From an uncultured virus (IMG/VR IMGVR_UViG_3300042053_000001) (taxonomy: Duplodnaviria > Heunggongvirae > Uroviricota > Caudoviricetes): a stretch of DNA of 20,000 bases. Location of the stretch: the IMG/VR virus record IMGVR_UViG_3300042053_000001. The stretch is one strand, 5' to 3'. Under the pieces are notes generated by a model that saw nothing but the letters and a program-made list of their open reading frames with translations, did no database searches and was not told the origin of the DNA. Both the position numbers and the translations under genes were made by a program. This document shows, piece after piece, positions 1 through 8,447 of this stretch (positions are counted from its first letter, which is position 1; each line of letters begins with the position of its first letter).

Positions 1-1
1 C

Positions 2-268
2 GCATGTAAGTTGGGCTATAAAGAGATATGCATTATTCTTGTTAGTTATGGATGTCTTATAGACTGTATAGGTTCAGAAGGTACAGCTCTTCTTTTAGCT
101 TGTAGAAATGGGTATGTAGATATAGCCAGACTTCTAATTAAAAGAGGTGCAGATGTGAACTATTGTGATCAGTTTGGAAAGAGTATTCTTTCAAATTGTA
201 GAATAAAAGGTTGTTTAGATATATTGTCTTTATTACTAGACAGTGGAGTTCTTGTTGACGATGGTTAA
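2..268 (+). CDS. Ankyrin-repeat protein, 5'-partial (begins upstream of the window)
   Basis: The frame is open from base 2 (ACKLGYKEIC...TALLLACRNGYVDIARLLIKRGADVN...) to TAA at 266-268, with about 3 ankyrin repeats. The TTG at 11 is internal to a repeat and is not a real start. Confidence 0.9.
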   Translation, partial: ACKLGYKEICIILVSYGCLIDCIGSEGTALLLACRNGYVDIARLLIKRGADVNYCDQFGKSILSNCRIKGCLDILSLLLDSGVLVDDG

Positions 269-425
269 AGAGCCAAAGTAACAGAATTATTTTTAATGTT
301 TTAATTTAGGTGTAAATTTAATAAAATATTTATACTATACATTCTATTCTTATAAATAAATTATTCGTTGTTAGTTCAATAAGGTTTATTTTAAAAATTT
401 GTACTTTCTGCGAAAAATAAAAATG

Positions 426-454
426 TTGATTAAATTTTCGCTTTCTGTTAATAT
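426..454 (+). promoter_or_regulatory. Candidate sigma70-type promoter
   Basis: TTGATT (426-431), a 17-nt spacer, then TAATAT (449-454) with an extended -10 TG at 446-447. It lies in the AT-rich 269-486 intergenic region. SD-like AGGTGGT (477-483) precedes ATG 487. Confidence 0.45.
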
Positions 455-486
455 TTAAAAATCAATATTATATTTTAGGTGGTAAA

Positions 487-1578
487 ATGGGTACAAGAGC
501 TTATTCAAGTATAAGTAGGAGTTCGAGTGTACCCGCAGATTTATCTAAGTTAGATGAAATAGACCAGTTTCAAGCTACAGTAGTTAGAGCTGTAGAAAAA
601 ATTACTCCTCCAACAAAAATAATTCTATTAAGTCCAGACATGGCGTCCTCGCCTTATGTCACGTACAGTGAGATGAGTGTTCAAGATTATCAATTAGACC
701 TTCTAGAGTCTTGCTCTACAGGAAATGAGAAGAACGTCAAGAAACTATTAGAAAAGAATTTAGATTTAGAGATAAGAGATGCGAAAGGGAATTCTGCTTT
801 ACATATAGCGTGTGGTTGGGGATACGTTAATATTGTACAGGCTTTAATCTCAAAAGGATGTGACATAGAATCCAGAGATGCAGATTCTGATACAAGTTTA
901 CACCTAGCATGTAGACATGGATATCCTGAAATTGTTCAAGAACTTCTTGATTGCGGCGCAGACCCTACCGCTTTAGATAAAGATGGAGATGAGCCTTTAC
1001 ATATCGCTTGTGTGTATGGGTACACTAAAGTTGTAAAATGTCTTTTAATGAAGACATTTACAAATTTAAAAGGCAGTAATGGAGCTTCACCACTACATAC
1101 AGCTTGTTGTAGCGGATACATTGAGATTGCAGACATGTTAATTCTTTCTGGTTGTGATATAGATGTAAAGGATAAAGACGGGTTCACTCCACTCCATTAC
1201 GCTAGTGTTAAAGGAAGCACCCCAATAGTTAAGAGGCTTCTACAGAAAGGGGCAAGAATTGAGGAAAGTTCATATAAATTTACAGCTCTACATTTAGCTT
1301 GTCAGATGGGCTACTTAGGTGTCGCCATGGTGTTATTAGACAACGGTGCTAAAGTTAATGTGGCTAATATTTATAGAGACACACCTTTGCACCTAGCGTG
1401 TTCTTCGAATTCTTTGTCGATTGTTAAACTTCTCTGTACAAGAGACATACACTTTGACATTAAGAACGTGTGGGATATGACCCCACTTGACTTAGCTAAA
1501 GACAATAACTATGAAGATATTTGTTTAGTCTTAGAAAAAGCTATGTCACAAGACTACAGCTATGAAACTGTAGTATAA
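487..1578 (+). CDS. Ankyrin-repeat protein (about 8-9 repeats) with a roughly 65-aa Ser-rich non-repeat N-terminus
   Basis: Repeats include GNSALHIACGWGYVNIVQALISKG, GFTPLHYASVKG and DTPLHLACSSN. An SD precedes the ATG. The C-terminus is ...YETVV. Confidence 0.93.
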   Translation: MGTRAYSSISRSSSVPADLSKLDEIDQFQATVVRAVEKITPPTKIILLSPDMASSPYVTYSEMSVQDYQLDLLESCSTGNEKNVKKLLEKNLDLEIRDAKGNSALHIACGWGYVNIVQALISKGCDIESRDADSDTSLHLACRHGYPEIVQELLDCGADPTALDKDGDEPLHIACVYGYTKVVKCLLMKTFTNLKGSNGASPLHTACCSGYIEIADMLILSGCDIDVKDKDGFTPLHYASVKGSTPIVKRLLQKGARIEESSYKFTALHLACQMGYLGVAMVLLDNGAKVNVANIYRDTPLHLACSSNSLSIVKLLCTRDIHFDIKNVWDMTPLDLAKDNNYEDICLVLEKAMSQDYSYETVV

Positions 1579-1690
1579 ACCCACAATTTATTTTACATAT
1601 CTTAGAATCCGTTTTAATCGGTGTTTAGGTTAAGAAATCTTTACCTTGTTTATGAGGGCAAAGTGTGTAGCAGTTTTAGAGGGAAAAAAC

Positions 1691-2536
1691 ATGGATAAAG
1701 AACTAGCATGTGTAACAGGATATAAGGATAAGTCCCCATTATTTATGAAGGAAGATAAAAGTTATTGTGGTGATCTTAGAAGAGCTTGTGCATCACGTCC
1801 AGGATATACAGAGTTAGATATTGTACGTATTGTACAATATTGTATAAACAAGGGTGTGGATGTTAATACAGTTTTTGACTATGGAAAGTCTTTTCTTTTT
1901 TATGCATGTAGTAACGGTCAGGCAGACTCTGCCAAAATTCTTTTGGAGGCTGGAGCTGATATCAATGCCCGAACTAGTTGGGGTGTTAGTGCATTCGATT
2001 TTTCATGTAGAAGAGGTTACACGGAAGTTGTAAAAATTCTCTTACAACATGGGGCGTGTAATGATTTACAGAGACAACTTCGTTTAGCATGTTCTTTAGG
2101 GTTTTTAGACCTTGTTAAACTCTTTATAGAAGAAGGTGCAGACATAGACGACACCTATTCAGGGAGTGGGACTATTTTGATGATGTCGTGCAGGCACAGG
2201 TACAATGAGTTATTCACACACCTACTATTAAAAGGAGCAAACGTCAACTTGACAGATAGTATAGGGTACTCACCTTTATATTATGCGTGTGCAAGGAATA
2301 ATGTAGGAATGGTTAAATCTCTTATAGAGAATGGCGCGAATGTGAACCATTCCACAGAGTTTGGTGCAACGGCTCTTAGAATAGCTTGTTGTTTAGGGAA
2401 TGCAAAGATAGTCCAACTCCTTCTAGAACAGAAAGTGGATCTTACAACAGTTAATTCTGTAGGTCATACAGCGCTCACCTCTGCACATATGTCCGGTCGA
2501 GATGATATAGTAGAGCTCTTAGAAAAGGAGGTATAA
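1691..2536 (+). CDS. Ankyrin-repeat protein (about 7-8 repeats)
   Basis: Repeats include GYSPLYYACARNNVGMVKSLIENGANVN. I moved the start from TTG 1646 to ATG 1691 because AGAGGG (1678-1683) is a well-spaced SD. Confidence 0.9.
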   Translation: MDKELACVTGYKDKSPLFMKEDKSYCGDLRRACASRPGYTELDIVRIVQYCINKGVDVNTVFDYGKSFLFYACSNGQADSAKILLEAGADINARTSWGVSAFDFSCRRGYTEVVKILLQHGACNDLQRQLRLACSLGFLDLVKLFIEEGADIDDTYSGSGTILMMSCRHRYNELFTHLLLKGANVNLTDSIGYSPLYYACARNNVGMVKSLIENGANVNHSTEFGATALRIACCLGNAKIVQLLLEQKVDLTTVNSVGHTALTSAHMSGRDDIVELLEKEV

Positions 2537-2603
2537 AGATGATAAGCAAGTGATTTAACAAAAGATAAAATAAATACAACGTAAACAAGATAGAGGAGAG
2601 AAT

Positions 2604-3077
2604 ATGTTTAAAGTTAATAATGCCGTGAATAAAACTTATCAGCCATATATTGAAGAGAGTTCTAATGAGATTTTTCCTGTTTCAGTGTTAGAAACTTCCA
2701 AAGGAAGACAGGTCAATCATACATCTTCAAGACAAGTAGTCAGTAGCTTATTCGAAGAGCCTACGCACTACCCAATAGTACCTAAACTTTCTTCTTGTCA
2801 CATAAAACCTCTGAGACTGTCTTATTCAGAAGATAGAGTTGATCTTCTGAGAGATGCTATAAAGAGTGGGTTTCCTATTAATAGTATGTCTCAAGCAGGG
2901 AGAACGACTCTTCATCTTGTCTGTGAGAGTGGAGACCTAAAGATAGTAGAATTACTAGTTGGGTTAGGAGCAGACATAGAAAAAAAGGATAGAGGAGGAA
3001 GAACCTCTGTGGATATAGCTACACATTTTGGACATATTAAAATTGTAGAATTCTTGAAAGGAAAAGTAAATGAGTGA
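2604..3077 (+). CDS. Protein with a roughly 75-aa Ser-rich non-repeat N-terminus and 2-3 C-terminal ankyrin repeats
   Basis: SD GAGGAG at 2593-2598. Contains GRTTLHLVCESGDLKIVELLVGLGADIEKKDRGGRTSVDIA. Confidence 0.88.
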   Translation: MFKVNNAVNKTYQPYIEESSNEIFPVSVLETSKGRQVNHTSSRQVVSSLFEEPTHYPIVPKLSSCHIKPLRLSYSEDRVDLLRDAIKSGFPINSMSQAGRTTLHLVCESGDLKIVELLVGLGADIEKKDRGGRTSVDIATHFGHIKIVEFLKGKVNE

Positions 3078-3636
3078 AACATATAAGAACCGACAGATAA
3101 GATCTATCAAAGAATTTTTAGATAGTGGAGGGGACATTAATGAGAGTTGGAAGTATGGAGCTACATTTCTTCATTCGGCTTGTGCGAACAAGGATATAGA
3201 TGAAGTTAGGTTTCTTATAGATAATGGAGCGAACCTTGAATCAAGGAGTGATATAGGAGAGACTCCTATACACATTTCCTGTTTCAAAGGGGTTGTAGAC
3301 ATAACTAAACTCCTCCTAGAAAAAGGGGCAAATCTCTATCTTATTAACGACTTTGGAATGAGTCCTTTTCAACTTGCTTGCCGACAGGGAAAGGCATTGC
3401 TTGTTGAGTTCATGATTAATTATGGTGTAGATGTTAATTATACTGAATGGGAAAGTCACACACCTTTCTTTTTCGCATGTTACAGCGGTAATGTAGAAGT
3501 TGTTAGACTTCTTCTAGATAATGGAGCGAACCATATGTTGACTACTAAAGATGGCTTATTTCCTACAGAGATACTAAATGGTAAAGATGGTAAAGCCATT
3601 TGTGAACTATTTATAGAAAAAAGGGTGTGTTGCTAG
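3070..3636 (+). CDS. Ankyrin-repeat protein (about 5 repeats)
   Basis: Overlaps the upstream gene by 8 nt and has SD GAAAGGA. Repeats include GETPIHISCFKG, GMSPFQLACRQG and HTPFFFACYSG. Ends ...KRVCC. Confidence 0.92.
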   Translation: MSETYKNRQIRSIKEFLDSGGDINESWKYGATFLHSACANKDIDEVRFLIDNGANLESRSDIGETPIHISCFKGVVDITKLLLEKGANLYLINDFGMSPFQLACRQGKALLVEFMINYGVDVNYTEWESHTPFFFACYSGNVEVVRLLLDNGANHMLTTKDGLFPTEILNGKDGKAICELFIEKRVCC

Positions 3637-3680
3637 GATAACAATAAGAGAATTATTAAGATGTTAGAAAGGGAAAATCA

Positions 3681-5288
3681 ATGAGTAGTTTAGAGGGTGA
3701 TTTACAGAAAGCTTTCAGGATTGGAAACATGGACGTTATTCACAACCTTCTTGAGAATGGAGGAATTGTTAATATGTCTAGTGAGTCCAGATACCCACCT
3801 ATGATCTCTGCGTCTAGACACAATCATCTAGACCTAGTGGAAAGACTCCTTGTTGAAGGTGAAAATGTTAATTGCACTATTAAGTCTGGTGAGACACCAC
3901 TGCATCTCGCATGTGAGTTTGGGAATACAGATATTGTTCAATTCCTCCTAGAAAACGGCGCAAACATCCACGCTAAAGACTATCAAGACTGGTCACCTCT
4001 GCATTACGCATGTTTTAGAGGACACACGAACACCATCGAAATACTTATTAAGAATGGAGCAGATATCAATTTTGTTGATAGAGCGGGTCGCAATCCTGTA
4101 TATATTGCATGTTATAGAGGTTGTGCTGATGTTATTAAAGTTCTTGCTGAGAACGGTGCGAAAGTTAACGGAGGAACAAGATCGTATAATTGCAACCCTT
4201 TACACAACGCATGTGAAGGAGGTCATACAAAGGCGGTTAAAGCCTTACTTAAAGCAGGAGCCAACGTTCAAGTAGTTAACGGGTGTAAACTACGTTGGGA
4301 ATGTTATCATGGACACACAGAGATTGTTCAATCTTTACTTGATTATGGTGTAAAAGTTAACAAACAAGACACGTTCGGAGCTACCCCTCTATATTACGCG
4401 TGTGATGGGGGTCATACAGAGATTGTTAAAGCCATTCTTGAAAAGAAACCTGACGTCACTCTGTGTGATGACTACAACCAATCTGCTTTACACATTGCTT
4501 GTGAAAAAGGTTCAATAGAGATTGTTAAACTCCTCATCGATTATGATGTACAAACTGTTTTTTCTCGTACCAAAACACTACAGACACCTTTACAGCAGGC
4601 ATGTAGAAACGGTCATGTGGATATAGTTGAATTGTTGATCAAGGCAGGTGCTGACGCGACTTCGAAGAGTAGATATTCTAGCGCCTTCGAAGATGCATGT
4701 ACAAGAGGTCACTTAGATATTGCTTCGGTACTTCTTAAACATGGAGTGGATATTAATCTTGTTTCTACTGATCAACAGTATAGTACAGTATTAGAGGCTG
4801 TTTGTTCACATGGTCAAAAACATGTTGTTGAATTCTTGCTTAAGAACGGCGCAGATGTCACCCTTTCTAAGAAAGGTCCGTCGACCTTATTATGCTATGC
4901 ATGTCTGAGATCTGATCTAGGTATGGTCAGACTTCTACTTGAAAAAGGTGCAGCTGTAGTTGATTCTACCGTCATTGACCCTAATAAAGGAAGAAGAACT
5001 ACTTTGTCTTACATATGCAGGTCAAACAATACACTTGTAATGGAGTTACTTCTTGAGTTCGGAGTAGATATCAATATGAAGGATGAGATAGGGGTTACTC
5101 CTTTGTTCTATGCATATAGAAACGGTCTTGTAGATTTGTTTCAATTTCTCCTAGACAATGGTGTAGATATTAACTGTCTTAAAGATGTCCCTATGACAAA
5201 AGAGCGTTACCAGGGTTTTGCGGATCATGTAAAGGTTCTTCTTCTATTAGAGGAGGCAAGGAGATCTGTTAAAGAGTGTGTAGATTAA
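3681..5288 (+). CDS. Large ankyrin-repeat protein (about 15 repeats)
   Basis: Contains GETPLHLACEFGNTDIVQFLLENGANIH and many similar repeats. SD-like GAAAGGG lies upstream. Confidence 0.94.
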   Translation: MSSLEGDLQKAFRIGNMDVIHNLLENGGIVNMSSESRYPPMISASRHNHLDLVERLLVEGENVNCTIKSGETPLHLACEFGNTDIVQFLLENGANIHAKDYQDWSPLHYACFRGHTNTIEILIKNGADINFVDRAGRNPVYIACYRGCADVIKVLAENGAKVNGGTRSYNCNPLHNACEGGHTKAVKALLKAGANVQVVNGCKLRWECYHGHTEIVQSLLDYGVKVNKQDTFGATPLYYACDGGHTEIVKAILEKKPDVTLCDDYNQSALHIACEKGSIEIVKLLIDYDVQTVFSRTKTLQTPLQQACRNGHVDIVELLIKAGADATSKSRYSSAFEDACTRGHLDIASVLLKHGVDINLVSTDQQYSTVLEAVCSHGQKHVVEFLLKNGADVTLSKKGPSTLLCYACLRSDLGMVRLLLEKGAAVVDSTVIDPNKGRRTTLSYICRSNNTLVMELLLEFGVDINMKDEIGVTPLFYAYRNGLVDLFQFLLDNGVDINCLKDVPMTKERYQGFADHVKVLLLLEEARRSVKECVD

Positions 5289-5318
5289 GTAAAGTCTGTA
5301 GAGAAGAAAGGGAAGAAA

Positions 5319-5753
5319 ATGAATGAAGAGAAAGAACAACGTAAATTAGACGAAGAGTTAGTTATCTCATGCACCTTGGGTCATACGAAAGTTGTTCAAC
5401 TCCTCCTCGAAAACAGCGCAGACGTCAACACAACTGATAAGGATGGCAACTCACCCCTACATCACGCATGTTCAAGGGGACATACGGATGTTGTTCGACT
5501 ACTCCTTAAAAACGACGCAAACGTCAATGCGATTAATAATGAGGATAACACACCATTATATATCGCATGTAGGTACGGTCATACGATAGTTGTGAAACTC
5601 CTCCTCGAAAACGGCGCAAACGTCAACACAACTTATGGTAAAGGGTGGTCACCACTACGTATCGCACATTTCCTAGATTATATAGATATAGAAGATCTTC
5701 TAAAAGTGTGTATCAAGAGAGAAGAGTTTAAAGAGAATAAAGAAAGGAAATAA
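5319..5753 (+). CDS. Small ankyrin protein, young family (N-cap + 2 internal repeats + C-cap)
   Basis: N-cap MNEEKEQRKLDEELVISC, internal GNSPLHHACSRGHT and DNTPLYIACRYGHT. The junction/RBS motif precedes it. Confidence 0.93.
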   Translation: MNEEKEQRKLDEELVISCTLGHTKVVQLLLENSADVNTTDKDGNSPLHHACSRGHTDVVRLLLKNDANVNAINNEDNTPLYIACRYGHTIVVKLLLENGANVNTTYGKGWSPLRIAHFLDYIDIEDLLKVCIKREEFKENKERK

Positions 5754-5757
5754 AATG
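5739..5757 (+). promoter_or_regulatory. Recurrent gene-junction/RBS motif AAAGAAAGGAAATAAAATG (representative copy)
   Basis: Variants end at the start codons 5319, 5755, 6480, 6895, 7210, 7851, 12060, 13639, 13744, 15005, 15618, 17227/17236, 17950 and 19646. The core AAGG/AGG is placed like a Shine-Dalgarno sequence. Confidence 0.85.
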
Positions 5758-6483
5758 ATTAAAACGAAAGAACAAATTGAATTATATGAAGAGTTAAGTG
5801 TTGCATGTAGAGAAGGTCACACAGATCTTGTTAAAGAACTCCTCCTTAAAAAAGGTGTAGACGTCCACGTGAAGAATAAGTATGGAGAGTCACCACTGCT
5901 CATCGCATGTTGGTTTGGTCATACGGATGTTGTTCAACTACTCCTCGAAAACGGCGCAGACGTCAACGCGATTAATAATGATAATAACACACCATTATAT
6001 ATCGCATGTAGGTATGGTCATACGAAAGTTGTGAAATTACTCCTAGAAAACGGCACATCCATGATGACAATTAATAATGAGTATGGTAACACACCATTAT
6101 ATATCGCATGTGTTGAAGGTAATACGGATATTGTTGAATTACTCCTCGAAAACGGCGCAGACGTCAACACGACTGATAAGTATGGCAACTCACCTCTGAA
6201 TTTTGCATGTAGTAAGAGCTATATAGATGTTGTTCAACTCCTCATAGAAAACGGAGCAGACGTCAACAAGGTTAATGAGTATGGTGAGACACCACTGCAT
6301 CACACATGTTTATGGGGTAAGACAGAGATTGTTAAACTACTCCTAGAAAACGGCGCAAACATCAACACAGTTGGTCAGTATGGCAAAACACCATACGATA
6401 TCGTATATAGGTCGGATGATAGAGAGATCATAAAGCTTCTAGAAGAACACATAGAAAGAGAATCAAGAAAGGAAATAAAATGA
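5755..6483 (+). CDS. Ankyrin protein, young family (7 repeats including caps)
   Basis: Starts 1 nt after the upstream TAA (TAAAATG), has regular 33-34 aa repeats, and overlaps the next gene by ATGA. Confidence 0.94.
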   Translation: MIKTKEQIELYEELSVACREGHTDLVKELLLKKGVDVHVKNKYGESPLLIACWFGHTDVVQLLLENGADVNAINNDNNTPLYIACRYGHTKVVKLLLENGTSMMTINNEYGNTPLYIACVEGNTDIVELLLENGADVNTTDKYGNSPLNFACSKSYIDVVQLLIENGADVNKVNEYGETPLHHTCLWGKTEIVKLLLENGANINTVGQYGKTPYDIVYRSDDREIIKLLEEHIERESRKEIK

Positions 6484-6893
6484 TTGAAGAGAAAGAACAA
6501 CGTAAATTAGATCGAGGGTTAGTTAAGGCATGTTCGAGAGGTCGTTTAGATATTGTTGAATTACTAATTGAAAAAGGCGCAAACATAAACAATGTTGATG
6601 ATACCAGCTGGTCCCCTCTACATTATGCATGTTATAATGGTTATACGAATATTGTTCAAGATCTCCTCGAAAGACAGGCGGATATTGAGATTCAAACCGA
6701 GTGTGGTAGCTCCACACTACATCTCGCATGTATTGATGGTCATACAGATGGTGTTAAATTACTCCTAGAAAAAGGTGCAAATGTTAACTTGACTCGTACG
6801 AATGGAGAGACACCACTATATGAGGCATATAGGTGGGGTTATACTGATATCATAGAACTTCTAATAGAACATATGAATAAAGAAAGAGGGTAA
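6480..6893 (+). CDS. Small ankyrin protein, young family (4 repeats including caps)
   Basis: N-cap MIEEKEQRKLDRGLVKAC is nearly identical in DNA to those at 5319 and 17236. Contains WSPLHYACYNGY. Confidence 0.93.
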   Translation: MIEEKEQRKLDRGLVKACSRGRLDIVELLIEKGANINNVDDTSWSPLHYACYNGYTNIVQDLLERQADIEIQTECGSSTLHLACIDGHTDGVKLLLEKGANVNLTRTNGETPLYEAYRWGYTDIIELLIEHMNKERG

Positions 6894-6894
6894 A

Positions 6895-7617
6895 ATGACT
6901 ATAGAGAAAAAAGAACAAGCTAAATTAGATGAGTTGTTCATTATATCATGTGAATTGGGTAATACTGATCTTGTTCAAGAACTCATAGAAAAGGGTGCAA
7001 ACGTTAACATGACTAAGTTGAATGGTCAGAAACCGCTGCATCGTGCATGTTGGAATGGTCATATAGAAGTTGTTAAATTACTCCTTACAAATGATGTAGA
7101 TGTTAACGTGGTTAATAAGCAGGGCTACACACCGCTACATATCTCATGTGAATTTGATAATACAGAGATCGTAAAGCTGTTAAAACAGCACATCAAGAAA
7201 ATGGATAAAATGACTACAGAGAAAAAAGTTCAAGATAAATTAGGGGTAGAGTTAGCTCAAGCCTGTTTAGAAGGTCATCTGGATATTGTTAAAGAACTCC
7301 TAGAAAAAGGTGCAAATGTTAACTTGCCTGATAGTAAGGGTCAGACTCCGCTGCATATCGCATGTTTTCAAGGTCATACAGATGTTGTTCAACTCCTCCT
7401 CGACAATGGTGCAGATGTTAACGTGACAGGTGGTTTTGGAAGTTCTCCCCTACATATCACATGTTGGCAAGGTCATACAGAGATTGTTCGACTCCTCCTA
7501 GAAAAAGGCGCACTCATAAACGTGACTGATGATTATGACAGCACACCCCTGCATATCGCATGTAACCATAGTTATACCGAGATCATAAAGCTGTTAAAAC
7601 AGTACATAAAGAAAGGG
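6895..7617 (+). CDS. Ankyrin protein made of two fused capped units (second begins at internal ATG 7210); runs into the assembly gap
   Basis: An MTIEKKEQAKLDEL unit (3 repeats) reads through HIKKMDK into an MTTEKKVQDKLG unit (4 repeats). There is no stop before the N run. It is probably continuous with 7845-8336. Confidence 0.85.
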
Positions 7618-7844
7618 NNNNNNNNNNNNNNNNNNNNNNNNNNNNNNNNNNNNNNNNNNNNNNNNNNNNNNNNNNNNNNNNNNNNNNNNNNNNNNNNNNN
7701 NNNNNNNNNNNNNNNNNACTCCTCCTAGAAAAAGGCGCACTCATAAACGTGACTGATGATTATGACAGCACACCCCTGCATATCGCATGTAACCATAGTT
7801 ATACCGAGATCATAAAGCTGTTAAAACAGTACATAAAGAAAGGG
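7491..7844. repeat. Exact 127-bp direct repeat (7491-7617 and 7718-7844) flanking the N gap
   Basis: Both copies read actcctcctagaaaaaggcgcactc...cagtacataaagaaaggg and abut the gap on either side. Confidence 0.95.
7618..7717. other. Assembly/scaffold gap (100 N)
   Basis: Run of exactly 100 N. Confidence 0.99.
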
Positions 7845-8336
7845 TATAATATGGATAATGAGAAAAATAAAAAGTTACTAGATGCATGTTTAAATGGTGA
7901 TTTAAAGATTATTCAACGACTCCTTAAAAACGGTGAACATGTCGACACAACTGATGAGCTTGGCTTCACACCACTGCATATCGCATGTTACAATGATAAT
8001 ACAGAGATTGTTCAACTCCTCATAGACAACGGCGCAAACATCAACACAGTTGATGAGTATGACGACACACCATTACATAGCGCATGTTTAGAAGGTCATA
8101 CTAACATTGTTAAACTCCTCCTTAAAAACGGCGCAAATGTTAACGTTGTTACTAAGGGTGGAAACACACCACTGCATTTCGCATGTTTAATGGGTAATCA
8201 GGTCGTTGTTGAGACACTCCTCAAGAACAGTGCAGACATCAATGTGTCTAATGAGGATGGTAGGTCTCCCCTACATCTCGCAAGTGAGGCAGGTCATACA
8301 GAGATTAGAAATCTTTTAGAGAACCTTCCTTCATGA
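7719..8336 (+). CDS. Ankyrin protein 3' part, containing a capped 5-repeat unit from ATG 7851 (MDNEKNKKLLDAC...)
   Basis: The frame is open from the gap edge to TGA 8334-8336. A junction-like AAAGAAAGGGTATAATATG precedes ATG 7851. If the duplication is collapsed, this joins 6895-7617 into one 404-aa ORF. Confidence 0.85.
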   Translation, partial: LLLEKGALINVTDDYDSTPLHIACNHSYTEIIKLLKQYIKKGYNMDNEKNKKLLDACLNGDLKIIQRLLKNGEHVDTTDELGFTPLHIACYNDNTEIVQLLIDNGANINTVDEYDDTPLHSACLEGHTNIVKLLLKNGANVNVVTKGGNTPLHFACLMGNQVVVETLLKNSADINVSNEDGRSPLHLASEAGHTEIRNLLENLPS

Positions 8337-8447
8337 ATAATGTTTAGGTTGTTATACAGAGACTTCGAACTACTTATAACTTATATAAGAAGAAAGAAAG
8401 GTGATGTAAATCGCTTTATTAGCAATAAATTATTGGAGGGGAAGATC

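Noticed and set aside
8340..8447. 36-aa N-terminal extension of valS from ATG 8340
   Set aside because: It has no resemblance to ValRS N-termini and no clear SD, whereas ATG 8448 has GGAGG. It is not fully excluded, because ATG 8340 lies 3 nt after the upstream stop.
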